Source: Akkermansia muciniphila (lineage in GTDB: Bacteria > Verrucomicrobiota > Kiritimatiellia > RFP12 > JAAYNR01). From it: a DNA stretch of 64,000 bases. The translations under genes and the position numbers were made by a program. Below, piece after piece: positions 20,207 through 30,700 of the stretch (its first letter is position 1; each line of letters starts with the position of its first letter). The notes below the pieces were generated by a model. It saw only the letters and a program-made list of their open reading frames with translations. It was not told where the DNA came from and ran no database searches. The DNA is taken from positions 34,666-98,665 of the forward strand of contig CAMBQN010000008.1 in assembly GCA_945870025.1 (NCBI GenBank), written 5' to 3'.

Positions 20207-20962
20207 ATGAAAGTATCTGTTTGCAGCGACATGTTGTTTGGTGATATGCCCACGGCAAAAGCGATGGAGACGCTGAAAGCTGCGGGTGCCGACGCCGTGG
20301 AGTTCTGGGGCGTCGATGGCAAGGATCTCCGGGCCATCGCCGCGGCGAGCCGGAGCCTGGGCATGCCGGTCGCCGTGTTCTGCGGCCCGCCCGTCTCCCT
20401 GATCGCCCCGGACCAGGCAGCGGCCTTTGCGGAGGGGCTCAAGGCCCTCGTGCCGACCTGCGACACGCTGGGGTGCCGCACCCTGATCGCCTGCAGCGGC
20501 CGGCCCGACGGCGGCTGGTCGAATAACGACATGCACGACCGGCTACGGACCACGTTGGAAGCGGCACTGCCGGTGCTGGATGCCCACGACCTGACCCTGG
20601 TTTTGGAGCCGCTGAACGCCTCCGAGCTGAGCTACCTTCGCACTAGCCGGGAAGCGTTCGACCTGTGCCGCATGCTCAAGAGTCCGCGGGTCAAAGTGCT
20701 GTACGACATCTACCACATGCAATTGATGGAGGGTAACCTGACCAGCACCTTGCTGGCGAACCTCCCGCTGGTCGGGCATCTGCACGTTGCCGATGTGCCC
20801 GGTCGCAAGGCGCCGGGAACCGGTGAGATCAACTACCCCAACCTGCTGACCGCGCTCACCCGCGCGGGCTATGCCGGCTACGCCGGCATGGAGTATTGGC
20901 CGGCTGACGACAAGGCGGCCGAACTTTCGCGGGTGGTCGAAATGGTCAAGAAGGCCCGGTGA
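20207..20962 (+). CDS. Sugar phosphate isomerase/epimerase (xylose-isomerase-like TIM barrel)
   Basis: Length is 251 aa. HLHVADVPGRKAPGTGEINY is typical of the AP-endonuclease 2/xylose isomerase-like fold. Confidence 0.75.
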   Translation: MKVSVCSDMLFGDMPTAKAMETLKAAGADAVEFWGVDGKDLRAIAAASRSLGMPVAVFCGPPVSLIAPDQAAAFAEGLKALVPTCDTLGCRTLIACSGRPDGGWSNNDMHDRLRTTLEAALPVLDAHDLTLVLEPLNASELSYLRTSREAFDLCRMLKSPRVKVLYDIYHMQLMEGNLTSTLLANLPLVGHLHVADVPGRKAPGTGEINYPNLLTALTRAGYAGYAGMEYWPADDKAAELSRVVEMVKKAR

Positions 20963-21025
20963 GAACACCCTGTCGATACCTGCACTACCATCCAGCAAAC
21001 GGTTAACAAAACGGAGAATATAGTC

Positions 21026-22066
21026 ATGAAGACGCGTGCGATTGTGTTTGAAGGACCGGATCAGATTTCCCTGAAGTCGTTCGACCTCGCCCCCTGCGGA
21101 GACGAGGACGCGATTTGCGAAGCCATCTACAGCTTCGTTTCGCCCGGAACCGAAATGCGGGTCCTGAAGGGCGTGGACGAATGGGCGAAGTACCCCTTCA
21201 TCCCCGGCTATGCGTGGGTCGGCCGGGTTGTCGAGATCGGCGCGAAGGTCAAGGGGTGGGAGAAGGGCCAGCTTGTGGCCGGCCGCAATGGAACCTCGGT
21301 AGAAGGTTGCGGATCGATCTGGGGCGGCCATGTGCAACATCATCGCTGTCCGGTTTCCTGGAACATTGCGCTGAAACTGCCCGAAGGCGCGGATCCGTGG
21401 AACTATGTCACCACCGAAGTCGCGGCCATCAGTTGGCGCGGCGTCTCTGCGGCATACCCGGCGAAGGGCGAAACAGCGGTCGTCATCGGGCAGGGCCTGG
21501 TCGGGGCTTTTGCCGCCAAGTGGTTCCTCCAGCTCGGCGCACGCGTGATCGTCACCGACATCGTACCCAGCCGGCTGGACCGTGCCCGCAAGTGGGGTGC
21601 GGCCGCGGCGCTCGACGGCCGGAATCCGAATATCCGCGAAATGGTTATGGAACTCACCAACGGCGGCGCGGATATTGTCTATGAGGCGTCCAGTTCCAAG
21701 CCGGGCGTTTTGCTGGCCTCTTCGATCATCCGGCAGCCGTCGCCCCGCGCCCAAGGCACGAATTATCCCATGGGCGGCATGCAGAACAGCCACCATTTCT
21801 GGCCGCGGCTGGTCTATCAGGCCGGCTACCTGTTCAAGGTCGAAATCACGCCTGGCGAACTGACTGGCGGCGAAGGCGCCATTGTGCTGAAACCCAGCGA
21901 CCGTACGGTCGGCGATCGCATGCAGGTCATCGAACAGATACGGCTCGGGAACCTGCCGGTCGAAGATTTTGTTGACAAGCCGACCCCGGTTGAGGATGCT
22001 CCACAGGCTTATCTGACGTTGCGGGATCATCCCGAAACCGTCTCCGCCATTGCATTCAAGTGGTAG
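21026..22066 (+). CDS. Zn-dependent medium-chain dehydrogenase/reductase (sorbitol/threonine dehydrogenase-like)
   Basis: A GroES-like N-terminus and a Rossmann segment (VVIGQGLVGAF) are present. Length is 346 aa. Confidence 0.75.
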   Translation: MKTRAIVFEGPDQISLKSFDLAPCGDEDAICEAIYSFVSPGTEMRVLKGVDEWAKYPFIPGYAWVGRVVEIGAKVKGWEKGQLVAGRNGTSVEGCGSIWGGHVQHHRCPVSWNIALKLPEGADPWNYVTTEVAAISWRGVSAAYPAKGETAVVIGQGLVGAFAAKWFLQLGARVIVTDIVPSRLDRARKWGAAAALDGRNPNIREMVMELTNGGADIVYEASSSKPGVLLASSIIRQPSPRAQGTNYPMGGMQNSHHFWPRLVYQAGYLFKVEITPGELTGGEGAIVLKPSDRTVGDRMQVIEQIRLGNLPVEDFVDKPTPVEDAPQAYLTLRDHPETVSAIAFKW

Positions 22067-22120
22067 ACGGAATGGATGTTTGTTGTGTCAGCACCCATCG
22101 CCGTTCAGCACTACACGCTA
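21993..22120. repeat. Direct repeat copy 1: intact ADH 3' end plus a remnant isomerase 5' start
   Basis: It is ~85% identical to 24293..24417 (gatgctccacaggcttat...gtcagcacccatcgccgttcagcactacacgcta). Confidence 0.7.
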
Positions 22121-22939
22121 CCCGGGCCTGATGTGCTGCGTGCGGTAGGTGCCCGGCGTTTGCCCGGTCAGCCGCCGGAAGGCCCGGCAGAAGCTCTCGA
22201 CATTGTCGAAACCGCATTCGGCGGATACCGTTTTGACGGGCAGCTTCCCGCCCGCCAGGAGACGTTTGGCGGCGGTGACGCGCCGTTCCAGGAGCAGGCG
22301 ATGCGGGGAGGTGTGCCAATGCCGGCGGCACAGCAGATGCAGGTGCGCCGGACTGATGCCGGCCGCAGCGGCGAGTGCGGCCACGCTGGCGCGCAACAGG
22401 CCGGGGTCTCGCGCCAGGTGTCCCTGTAGCGCCAGCAGGGGCGGCGGGGTCGGGGACTGCACCATGTCGGGCGATGCGCTTGAGGCGGCCCAGAGCAGTC
22501 GCCCGTAGGCATGGAATGCCAGCACGTCGCGCGGGCCGCGCGGATCGTGAAACGCGGTCACCAGATCGTCCGCTACGGTGCGTGCCCAGGCCGCATCCCC
22601 GGCGAACGACCGGCGGGGAGCCTTTCGCACGGGCGCGGTGACCTTGAACAGCACGCATAGGCAGCAATAGGGCGAGGCGGGCCTTGTCCGGTGGATGGTG
22701 CAGTCTCCCGTCAGGTGCCAGAACAGGGTGCCTGGGCCGCACTCCCGTTCCGGCCCGCATTCGCAATCCAGCACGACGCCCGCTGTCAGCAGTTCGATAT
22801 ATTCAAAGCCCGGCCGGATCTCGATCGGTGTCAGGCGGTCGACGGGCGGGGCGTAAAACATGCCGACCGACGCGAGGGATTCGACGTGAGCGCCGAGGGG
22901 CAGGGCCGCGGATTCGGGGGGCTTGGGTTTGAGGAGCAT
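22118..22939 (-). CDS. AraC-family transcriptional regulator
   Basis: The C-terminal HTH is LLERRVTAAKRLLAGGKLPVKTVSAECGFDNVESFCRAFRRLTGQTPGTYR. The start is placed at MLLKPKPP, and the longer ORF extension is antisense junk. Confidence 0.65.
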   Translation of the reverse strand: MLLKPKPPESAALPLGAHVESLASVGMFYAPPVDRLTPIEIRPGFEYIELLTAGVVLDCECGPERECGPGTLFWHLTGDCTIHRTRPASPYCCLCVLFKVTAPVRKAPRRSFAGDAAWARTVADDLVTAFHDPRGPRDVLAFHAYGRLLWAASSASPDMVQSPTPPPLLALQGHLARDPGLLRASVAALAAAAGISPAHLHLLCRRHWHTSPHRLLLERRVTAAKRLLAGGKLPVKTVSAECGFDNVESFCRAFRRLTGQTPGTYRTQHIRPG

Positions 22940-23209
22940 GCGATATTTGATCAAACAATGATAGGTTATGTCAATGGTATTTGATTGGTGAGGCGCCAGC
23001 CCCGTTATATCATGTTGAATGACGGTGGTGATTGTTTCTGCCGCATAGTTTGTATCAATTGAAACGAGTTCATGATGAACAGCGGCAAACCGGTTTCCGT
23101 TCAGTTGCATGCGCTGCGCAAGACCGCGCAGCAGTATGGCAGGCGGCACACCCGACATGCGTCGCCTGACACGAAGGGTGTCGAAATCAACAAGAAGGAG
23201 CGCGGGACA

Positions 23210-24241
23210 ATGGCGAAGTTCAAGAAAGCATCGGATATTAAGGTTGGCGTGATTGGCTACGGTGGGGCCTTCAACATGGGCCGTGCTCATTTGAACGAGA
23301 TGCAGCAGGCCGGCATGGTGCCGACCGCCGTGGCGGAAATCGACGTGCAGCGCTTGGACGTGGCGAAGCAGGATTTCCCGGGCATCGAGACGTATGCCTC
23401 GGTGGCTGAAATGCTCAAGAAGTCCGACGTAAACCTGCTGGCGATCATTACACCGCACGATACGCACGCCAAGTTGGCGTTGCAGTGCCTGAATGCCGGC
23501 CGCCATGTAGTCTGCGAGAAGCCGCTGGCTATTACCACGGCCGAGTGCGACCAGATGATCGCCGCCGCGAAGAAGATGGGCGTCGTTCTCTCAACCTACC
23601 ACAACCGGCACTGGGATGGACACATCCTGGAAGCCATGAAGCACATCGGTTCAGGCGTGATCGGCAAGATCGTGCGCGTCGATGCGCAGATGAACAACTA
23701 CGGCAAGCCCGGTGACTGGTGGCGCACCAGCAAGACCATCTCCGGCGGTCTGATGTATGATTGGGGCGTGCACATTCTTGAATACACCCTCCAGATCGTC
23801 AACTCGGAGATCAAGGAAGTGTCCGGGTTCACCTGGTCCGGCGTTTGGGCCCCGCAGACTCCCTGGAAGAAGGACACGAACGAGGATGACGGGTTCCTCA
23901 CGGTCCGCTACGCCAACGGCGCCTGGTCCACGCTCGCCGTGAGCGTGATCGATTCGCGGCCGAATCCGTATTGGTTCAAGGTCACCGGCACGAAGGGCAC
24001 CTACATCATGAACTGGGATGCCGGCGAGATCATTACGCACGACGGCGCCAGGACGGTCACCGTTCGCGTTCCGAACCCGGGCAGCGAAGGCTGGAAGCTC
24101 TATAAGAATATCGCCGACCATCTGGCAAAGGGCACGAAACTCATCATCACGCCGGAATGGGCTCGTCGGCCAATCCACATCCTCGATCTCGCCTACCAGA
24201 GCTCGAAGAAAGGTGTGGCAATGAAGGCGCAGTATAAGTAG
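23210..24241 (+). CDS. Gfo/Idh/MocA-family NAD(P) oxidoreductase
   Basis: The Rossmann segment is IKVGVIGYGGAFNMGRAH, and EKPLAITTAECDQMI is present. An aaggag RBS precedes the ATG at 23210. Confidence 0.8.
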   Translation: MAKFKKASDIKVGVIGYGGAFNMGRAHLNEMQQAGMVPTAVAEIDVQRLDVAKQDFPGIETYASVAEMLKKSDVNLLAIITPHDTHAKLALQCLNAGRHVVCEKPLAITTAECDQMIAAAKKMGVVLSTYHNRHWDGHILEAMKHIGSGVIGKIVRVDAQMNNYGKPGDWWRTSKTISGGLMYDWGVHILEYTLQIVNSEIKEVSGFTWSGVWAPQTPWKKDTNEDDGFLTVRYANGAWSTLAVSVIDSRPNPYWFKVTGTKGTYIMNWDAGEIITHDGARTVTVRVPNPGSEGWKLYKNIADHLAKGTKLIITPEWARRPIHILDLAYQSSKKGVAMKAQYK

Positions 24242-24292
24242 AAAAACGACCGATAGCCATGGTGGACATGGAGCTGCCTTCTCGGTTCGCTC

Positions 24293-24417
24293 GATGCTCC
24301 ACAGGCTTATTTGACTTTGCGCGATCAGCCGTAAACCGTCTCGGCGATCGCGTTGCAATGGCAGACGGCAGGGAGGTTTGTTATGTCAGCACCAATCGCA
24401 GTTCAGCTCTACACGCT
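24293..24417. repeat. Direct repeat copy 2: remnant ADH 3' end plus an intact isomerase 5' start
   Basis: It is paired with 21993..22120. Confidence 0.7.
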
Positions 24418-25147
24418 ATGGGATCATCTCGACAAGGACTACACAGGAACTCTGACCAAGCTCGTCGAGATGGGTTATGTCGGTATCGAAACGTGCGGCT
24501 ATTCTCACGGTGTTCCCGTCAAGGATGCTGTCAAACTCTTCAAGGATCTTGGGCTGACGCTGTGCAGCGCCCACGTGGGCATGCCGGTCGGTGATAATGT
24601 CCAGAAGGTCCTCGACGAAGCGGCCGCCGCCGGGTGCAAGCGCATCATCTCCGGCTTCGGCGCGGAAGGCTTCAAGACCGCCGATGCCATCAAGGCCACC
24701 TGCGACATGTTCAACCAGGCGGCGGAAAATGTGGCCCAGGCGGGCTTGACCTTTGGCGTGCACAATCACTGGTGGGAATACGAAAAGCTGGCGGACGGCA
24801 CGCCCGCGTACAAGGTCATGCTGCAGCACGTGGACCCGCGGGTGTTTCTCGAGCTGGACGTGTACTGGATCCAGACCGGCGGCTGCAATCCGGCTGAGGT
24901 CGTGGCCGAGTTCGGCAAGCGCGCGCCGTTGTTGCACATCAAGGACGGGCCCTGCCAGCTTAACCAACCCATGACGCCTGTCGGCGAAGGCAAAGTAGAC
25001 GTCCCGGCTGTGGTCAAGGCGGCGAAGAGCAACGCCGAGTGGCTGATCGTCGAGCTTGATACCTGCGCCATCGACAAACTGGAGGCGGTCGGCAAGAGTT
25101 ACCAGTATCTGGTCGACAACAAACTCGCACGAGGCAGGAAGCCGTAG
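24383..25147 (+). CDS. Sugar phosphate isomerase/epimerase (xylose-isomerase-like TIM barrel)
   Basis: MSAPIAVQLYTLWDHL begins the protein, and a gggagg RBS is present. Length is 254 aa. Confidence 0.75.
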   Translation: MSAPIAVQLYTLWDHLDKDYTGTLTKLVEMGYVGIETCGYSHGVPVKDAVKLFKDLGLTLCSAHVGMPVGDNVQKVLDEAAAAGCKRIISGFGAEGFKTADAIKATCDMFNQAAENVAQAGLTFGVHNHWWEYEKLADGTPAYKVMLQHVDPRVFLELDVYWIQTGGCNPAEVVAEFGKRAPLLHIKDGPCQLNQPMTPVGEGKVDVPAVVKAAKSNAEWLIVELDTCAIDKLEAVGKSYQYLVDNKLARGRKP

Positions 25148-25193
25148 ACGCCCCGAAGGGGTGAGCCGGGCGTCGCCCGCGAGCACGGGAAGC

Positions 25194-25280
25194 GCGTGTG
25201 TGAGTACGTGGGTGTGGGGGTGTGGGGGAGCAGTAACGCTTCTCCCACTCACATACTCACGCACGCGCACACTCACATAC
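25194..25280. repeat. GT-rich/CA-rich inverted repeat, family copy B
   Basis: The sequence gtgtgtgagtacgtgggtgtgggggtgtggggga ... tcccactcacatactcacgcacgcgcacactcacatac lies between convergent genes. Confidence 0.55.
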
Positions 25281-25308
25281 TTGCGTTGTAGGCAGCAGAA
25301 AGCCGGTC

Positions 25309-26502
25309 TTACCGGTAAACGCCGTACTCCAGACACGTCTCGTACACGGCCTCCAGGTTCGCCAACGGACAGCAGGGCGGCAGGTTGTTTCCTTCTTGGA
25401 GAATGAACCGGCCGCCTTCCATGACGCCGCTCTGGAGGATTTCTTTCGCTCGCGCCGCGCACGCCTCCGGCGTCCCGTAGCGCAGCAGCGCCACGTGCGG
25501 GCCGCCGGAAATCTCAACATCCGGGCCCAACTGCTTCCGAAGCAACCCGTGGTCCACCGGAAACCCCGTGTCGAACGACGTCACGCCCAGCTTCGCATGC
25601 ACCAGTGGCAGGAGCCGCATCACGTCGCCGCACAAATGGATGAAGCGATTGGCAGAAGCCGGCGTGGTCGTCGATATCTCGCTGTAGAAACGTTCGTGCA
25701 ACGGCAGAACCAGCTCCTCGTACATGGACGTGCTGATGAGTTGAATCGAATCGTCCGCCATTCCGCCCCAGGCTCCCTTTTCCCACTTGCCGCTGACGTT
25801 CGCCAGCGCCTGGTTGCGAGTCACCGCCGCGTCAACAATCGTCCGCATCATGGCAACAGCCTTTTCCGGTTCGCTCCCGAGAAGCACAAAGAAGTCTGCT
25901 CCCATCAGAACCGCGGCGATGGTCACGGGACCGTCAAACCATACGTTGAATGGTTGCACGTCCCCCTGGCGGCCCAGGTAGCTGAAGTCCCTGGCGGCCT
26001 TGATCAACTCTGTGCGAAAGGCGAGTTTCTCCCGAACCCACGGGTTCTCCAGCGGACGCGAGAAGTCCCGCTTGATGAACTCGTCCACGTCGCCTTCGCT
26101 CATACACGGCAGATTACTGGGAATCTGGTCCGCATCATAGACCACCGGGCATCCGAAGTAGGCGCCGTCGTACGTATTCAACGTATCCACGCAGAAGCTC
26201 CACCTGTCCGGCAGCTTGCCGGCTGAGTCGCACACGTTGCTCATGACTGTTGCGACGTATTCCTGATGCCGCGCCTGGGCCATCAGCGTAACGCGCGGAT
26301 CCTTGAAGTACTGCTCGAAGGTGTAGCCCTCCGGATTCAGCTCCGGATTGAGCAGCATGATCCGCGGATTCGTGTTCCATCGCAGCGGCACACGCGTCGG
26401 CCTCCGGTCCGCATACGACTTCCATACCGCGGCCTTCTCCGCGTCCGTGACGTTCCGAGACGCCCGATTGCTTGATTCCCGTGTCTTCGTCGCCATTGGC
26501 AT
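25309..26502 (-). CDS. URO-D-like family protein, paralog C, with an MtaA-type H-x-C-G zinc motif
   Basis: Length is 397 aa. It carries IHLCGD and a C-terminal PPCCP, consistent with Zn-dependent MtaA/CmuA-type methyltransferases. Confidence 0.65.
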   Translation of the reverse strand: MPMATKTRESSNRASRNVTDAEKAAVWKSYADRRPTRVPLRWNTNPRIMLLNPELNPEGYTFEQYFKDPRVTLMAQARHQEYVATVMSNVCDSAGKLPDRWSFCVDTLNTYDGAYFGCPVVYDADQIPSNLPCMSEGDVDEFIKRDFSRPLENPWVREKLAFRTELIKAARDFSYLGRQGDVQPFNVWFDGPVTIAAVLMGADFFVLLGSEPEKAVAMMRTIVDAAVTRNQALANVSGKWEKGAWGGMADDSIQLISTSMYEELVLPLHERFYSEISTTTPASANRFIHLCGDVMRLLPLVHAKLGVTSFDTGFPVDHGLLRKQLGPDVEISGGPHVALLRYGTPEACAARAKEILQSGVMEGGRFILQEGNNLPPCCPLANLEAVYETCLEYGVYR

Positions 26503-26517
26503 CCTCCCTAAAATAGC

Positions 26518-27750
26518 CTACCTTACCATCTTCCAGTACTTGCCCATCTCGACGACGCGCCCCGTCTCCATGGCTTCGTCGATCCCGAAGCAGGTGAATG
26601 CCGAAGCCAGTCCTTCATCGAGTCCAACCGCCGGCGCCACGCCCTTGAGCATGCTTTTGGAAAGTTCCCGCGCCAAGACATCGTCACCGCCGCCGTGGCT
26701 CCCTGACGCGCTGGCCTTCACCGTCCGGATCTTTTCGCCGAACCCGATGCGCGCCACCTCGATGGCACCGTCGGGAAAGCCGCGGATCGCCCCTTCGGTG
26801 CCAACGATATACATGCGGCGCTCGGGAATGGCGCTGTTGCAGTTGGTGTGGAACGTGGCCCGCACCCCGTTCTCGTACTCGATCAGAGCAACCTGGTTAT
26901 CGATGATGTCCTTGTCGGCCGTAAACGGATTTTTGCCAACCAGTCCGCCCCATGTGCGATAGGCATGCTTACCGTTCTTGTCGGCGCCCAGCCGCCGGAT
27001 GTGGCGCGCATTCTTCGGAACGAAGAAGTTCTGCCCACCGAACGAGGCAACCCGTGCGGCGCGCGACCCGACCATCCAGTTGGCCAGGTCAATGTCGTGG
27101 CAGCATTTCTCCAGCAAGTGTGTTCCCGCATACTGGGTGAGCCGACGCCAGTCGCCCATGATATAGCCACCATGGTTGAAATCGAGCGTCTCGTTGAACT
27201 CCATGCTGACTACATCGCCCACCGCACCATCCTCGATGAGCCGGCGGACCGCCCGGTAACGCGGCGAGTAGCGAAGACTGAACCCGATGTTGAACATGCA
27301 CCCGCTTCTCTTCCACGCCTTGCGCATGGCCACGCAGTCAGCGGCCAGGGTTGCCAGAGGCTTCTGACAGAAGACGTGTTTCCTCGCCTCGAATGCAGCA
27401 ATCACCTGCTCCTTGTGGAAGCAGTTCCACGAGGCGATCATGACCCAGTCAATGTCCGGCGACTCGCACAGTTTGTGGTAGTCCTTGAACACGACGGCCT
27501 GGGGCGCCAGCGAATTGAGCGTGGCCTCCACGGAACGCCGGTCAGGGTCAAACACCCCGCGGATCTCCAGACGCGGGTCCTGGGCCAGCACCTTCTGGGC
27601 AACCAGCCGCCCCATGCCGCCGGCCCCGATCAGCCCGATGCCGATCTTCGTCCCTGTAACTGCCGGCCCTTTTCTGAATGATACCGTACCCGTGACGCTG
27701 TCCGAGCCTTGATAGACCTGAGATTGTCTCATTTTCAACGCTTTCTCCAT
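26518..27750 (-). CDS. Gfo/Idh/MocA-family oxidoreductase
   Basis: The Rossmann segment is IGIGLIGAGGMGR, and EKPLATLAADCVAM is present. Confidence 0.75.
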   Translation of the reverse strand: MEKALKMRQSQVYQGSDSVTGTVSFRKGPAVTGTKIGIGLIGAGGMGRLVAQKVLAQDPRLEIRGVFDPDRRSVEATLNSLAPQAVVFKDYHKLCESPDIDWVMIASWNCFHKEQVIAAFEARKHVFCQKPLATLAADCVAMRKAWKRSGCMFNIGFSLRYSPRYRAVRRLIEDGAVGDVVSMEFNETLDFNHGGYIMGDWRRLTQYAGTHLLEKCCHDIDLANWMVGSRAARVASFGGQNFFVPKNARHIRRLGADKNGKHAYRTWGGLVGKNPFTADKDIIDNQVALIEYENGVRATFHTNCNSAIPERRMYIVGTEGAIRGFPDGAIEVARIGFGEKIRTVKASASGSHGGGDDVLARELSKSMLKGVAPAVGLDEGLASAFTCFGIDEAMETGRVVEMGKYWKMVR

Positions 27751-27781
27751 GTCACTTCAACGAACTGGAGGACGCTCCACC

Positions 27782-30700
27782 TTACTTTCGCACCTCCACC
27801 ACCGGCGCCGCCATCAGTCCGCAGGGCACCAACTGATACCCCTCGAACCAGGTATCGCCCCAGCGCGCGAAAGAGTCCGGACCGGTCCAGTGCGGCCACT
27901 TCTCCGTAAGATGAAAAGGCCCGTGCGAGTTGCGCCGGTGCCCGATGACTTCGATGGCCAGTTCGACCGGTGCGCCGCTGAGCAACGCCGTGATCTCCAC
28001 CTCGTTCGGCTCCCAGCCTACAATCCCGGCCGTCTGGCCGTTGACCAGCACGCGCACGGCCACGCCGCGATACTCCGGCACCCGGACAAACACCTTCTCG
28101 CCCGCCGTCGGCTTCACATCCAGCGTCCGCCGGTAGGCCACGGACCCGCTGTAGAACGCCAGCCCCTGTTCACACCAGTCGCCGATCTTGAGCGCGCTGG
28201 GAGCCGCCGTCATAGCGACGGCAGTTTCGCGCACCGCCGTGCCGAAGTGGCCGAGCAGATAGACGATCTCCAGCCCCGTGTGGGTTTCCGCATACTCGCA
28301 CTCCAGCACCAATTCATTGGCCCCGAGCTTCAGGCACGCCGTATCCAGCGGCAGCTTGCGCAGGGACCGATCCACCCACCAGCCGCTCTCAGCCGTATTG
28401 GAAACCGCCTGGCCATTGAGCGCGACGCGGAACGTCTGCGGCTCCTCCAGCGCCAGGAAGAGATCGCCGGACGGCAGCGCCTGACAATCGAATGTGTAGG
28501 CCAGCGTGACCGTCGTGGACTTCGGCGTTTTCGACTTCTCACGCGCCCAGGGCTGCACCATGCTGCCGCCGCGGTGTTGCACGCCCAGCGCATCGCGCAC
28601 GGCCTTATCCACACGCAGAATCTCGGTGTGGTCTTGCCACGGCTGCTTGCCGATGCGATAGCGCGGCCGATCGAGCACCAGGTTGGCGCATTCCGAAAGC
28701 GTGATGCGCCAGCTTTCGTCGTCCAGCGGTTCGCTGCGCACTACGCTCACTTGCGCAGGGCACGCCGCCACGGCGCTCTTCGCCGCCTTGGGAATCACGA
28801 AGATCCGGCTCCCCAGGGCCGGCAGGGAGGTCCGGATCTCCCAGCCGTCGCCGTTGCGAGCCGCCTGTGCGGCTACCATGCCGGCGTTCTCCGGATTTAA
28901 CTCCAGCGGCGTCCCCGCGCATCCCGCAAAGCCGCGGATACGCACATCGCCAAAGGCAAGCGTGCGTTCGCGCGCCAGCGCCTGCCCCATGAAATGACCA
29001 TTGGATTTGACATAATCGTCGCCGGTATTGCAGACAAAGAGGTAAAAGGCGTCCTTGTCCTCGCGCAGGAGATAGAGGGCCGGCGTGATCTCGCAACCAT
29101 CTGGGCCAGCAATAGACAGCCGTCGGGCCACAGCCACTGTGGCGCCAACCGCCGCACCGATCTCAGGCGTGTGCGGACAGGTCGCGGAGAAGGCCTTGAC
29201 CTCATCAGAGACCGCACCCTCGATCGCGCAGGCGATCTCGCCCACAAACGAGACGACGCCACCCGCGACCTTGAACTTCTTGAGTAGGCTCAGCGTGCTG
29301 CGACGCATGGTCTTCATCGGCGGCACGAGCACCGCCTTGTAACGGCCCTTGCCCACGCGCATCACAGGAGCGCCACCCACCTTGGCCACCGCGGCAAGCC
29401 GCGACATCACTTCCTCATCACCAAAGTCAAAGTCCAGATGTTCCGAGAGCAGGCGATCGGTCAACTTGTTGGGCAGATCATCAAACGCATGCATGTCGGA
29501 ATTGCCATGCCAGCCAGTCTTGACCATCATCCACATGCTCTCGACCGGATGAATCACCAACAGGTCACGTACTTCCTCCCCCTGCGTCATGACCGCATGG
29601 ATGCGGGCAAAGTAGTCTTCGACCTTCGGATAAAGCTCCCACCAGGGCGATTGATAGAAGATGGCGGCCGGGTAGTCGCGCTTGGCTTCTCCGGTCATGG
29701 TGTACCAGGCCAGGTGCTGACAGCGCAGATTAATCCCCATGGCCACCTGCCAGTCGCCCAGCGCCTTGTGTCCGGCAAACGGAAAATCCCAGCCGGTGCA
29801 GCCATAGGTCTCGGTAAGACGCCACTTGGCGCCAAACTGATGCGCCGCCGAGGTAACCTGCTTGGCGGTGTTGAAAACGCGCCAATGTTCCGTGAGCAGG
29901 TCCATGCCGGGTGCCTGCATGTACTCATAGGTCCGCATACAGCTTCCCACCATGTTCGTCTGCCGGAAGAGCGAATCTTCCTCAAGCTGATGCCCGGTAA
30001 AGAGCAGCTTGTTCTTCGCGCACCATTCGCCGATCTGGCGGCAGAAGGCGTCCACATAGAGATGCGTGACACAATCGTGGTAATGGTAGCGCGCCGGTGC
30101 AATGGTCTGGCCCTCGACGTCAAAAACCAACGCCATCAGATGCGGCACAAGGTCGTAGCCGTAGCGCTTCTTGAATGTAATGAGCAAACTCCCAGTCCAG
30201 GGCAACCCACCGGGATTTCCGGTGTTGTTGTCGTGGCCGAGCTTGTTACCGTGGTTAGGCTCGTCCGTGAACATGCCCGGGATGGTCTTGCCGAACTCCT
30301 TGCCGCAGCGTTTGCGATAGGCCTCGTGCGTAACCTTGATAAACTCCTTCACCGCCGCATGGCTGAGGGTGTCGAGATAGGTGTAGTCGTTATACCAACT
30401 GCTGCACGGCTGCAGCTCCACCACAAACGCCACCAGTTTCTCGCCCTCAGCCAGCACGGGCGGACGGGCATTGCGCGCAACCTGACGAACGTTGCGGGCC
30501 ACGGCACCGTCAATCCGCGCCACAAACGCCGCGAGCGTATCGGGCGTCCACTTGAACCCCTTGGCCGAGTCAGACATCTTGACCATGGCCGAACGCATCC
30601 GGTACTTCGGGTTCTTCGTCACCAACCCGCCCGCCGCGCCGGACGGCCAACGATCCTCGTCGTAGAGCCAGGCGCCCATGCCGAGCTTCTTGGCCTCGTC

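Noticed and set aside
22940-23506. N-terminal 189 aa of the 462-aa ORF containing the AraC regulator
   Set aside because: This part is antisense to the Gfo/Idh/MocA gene and has no domain content. The AraC start is placed at MLLKPKPP.
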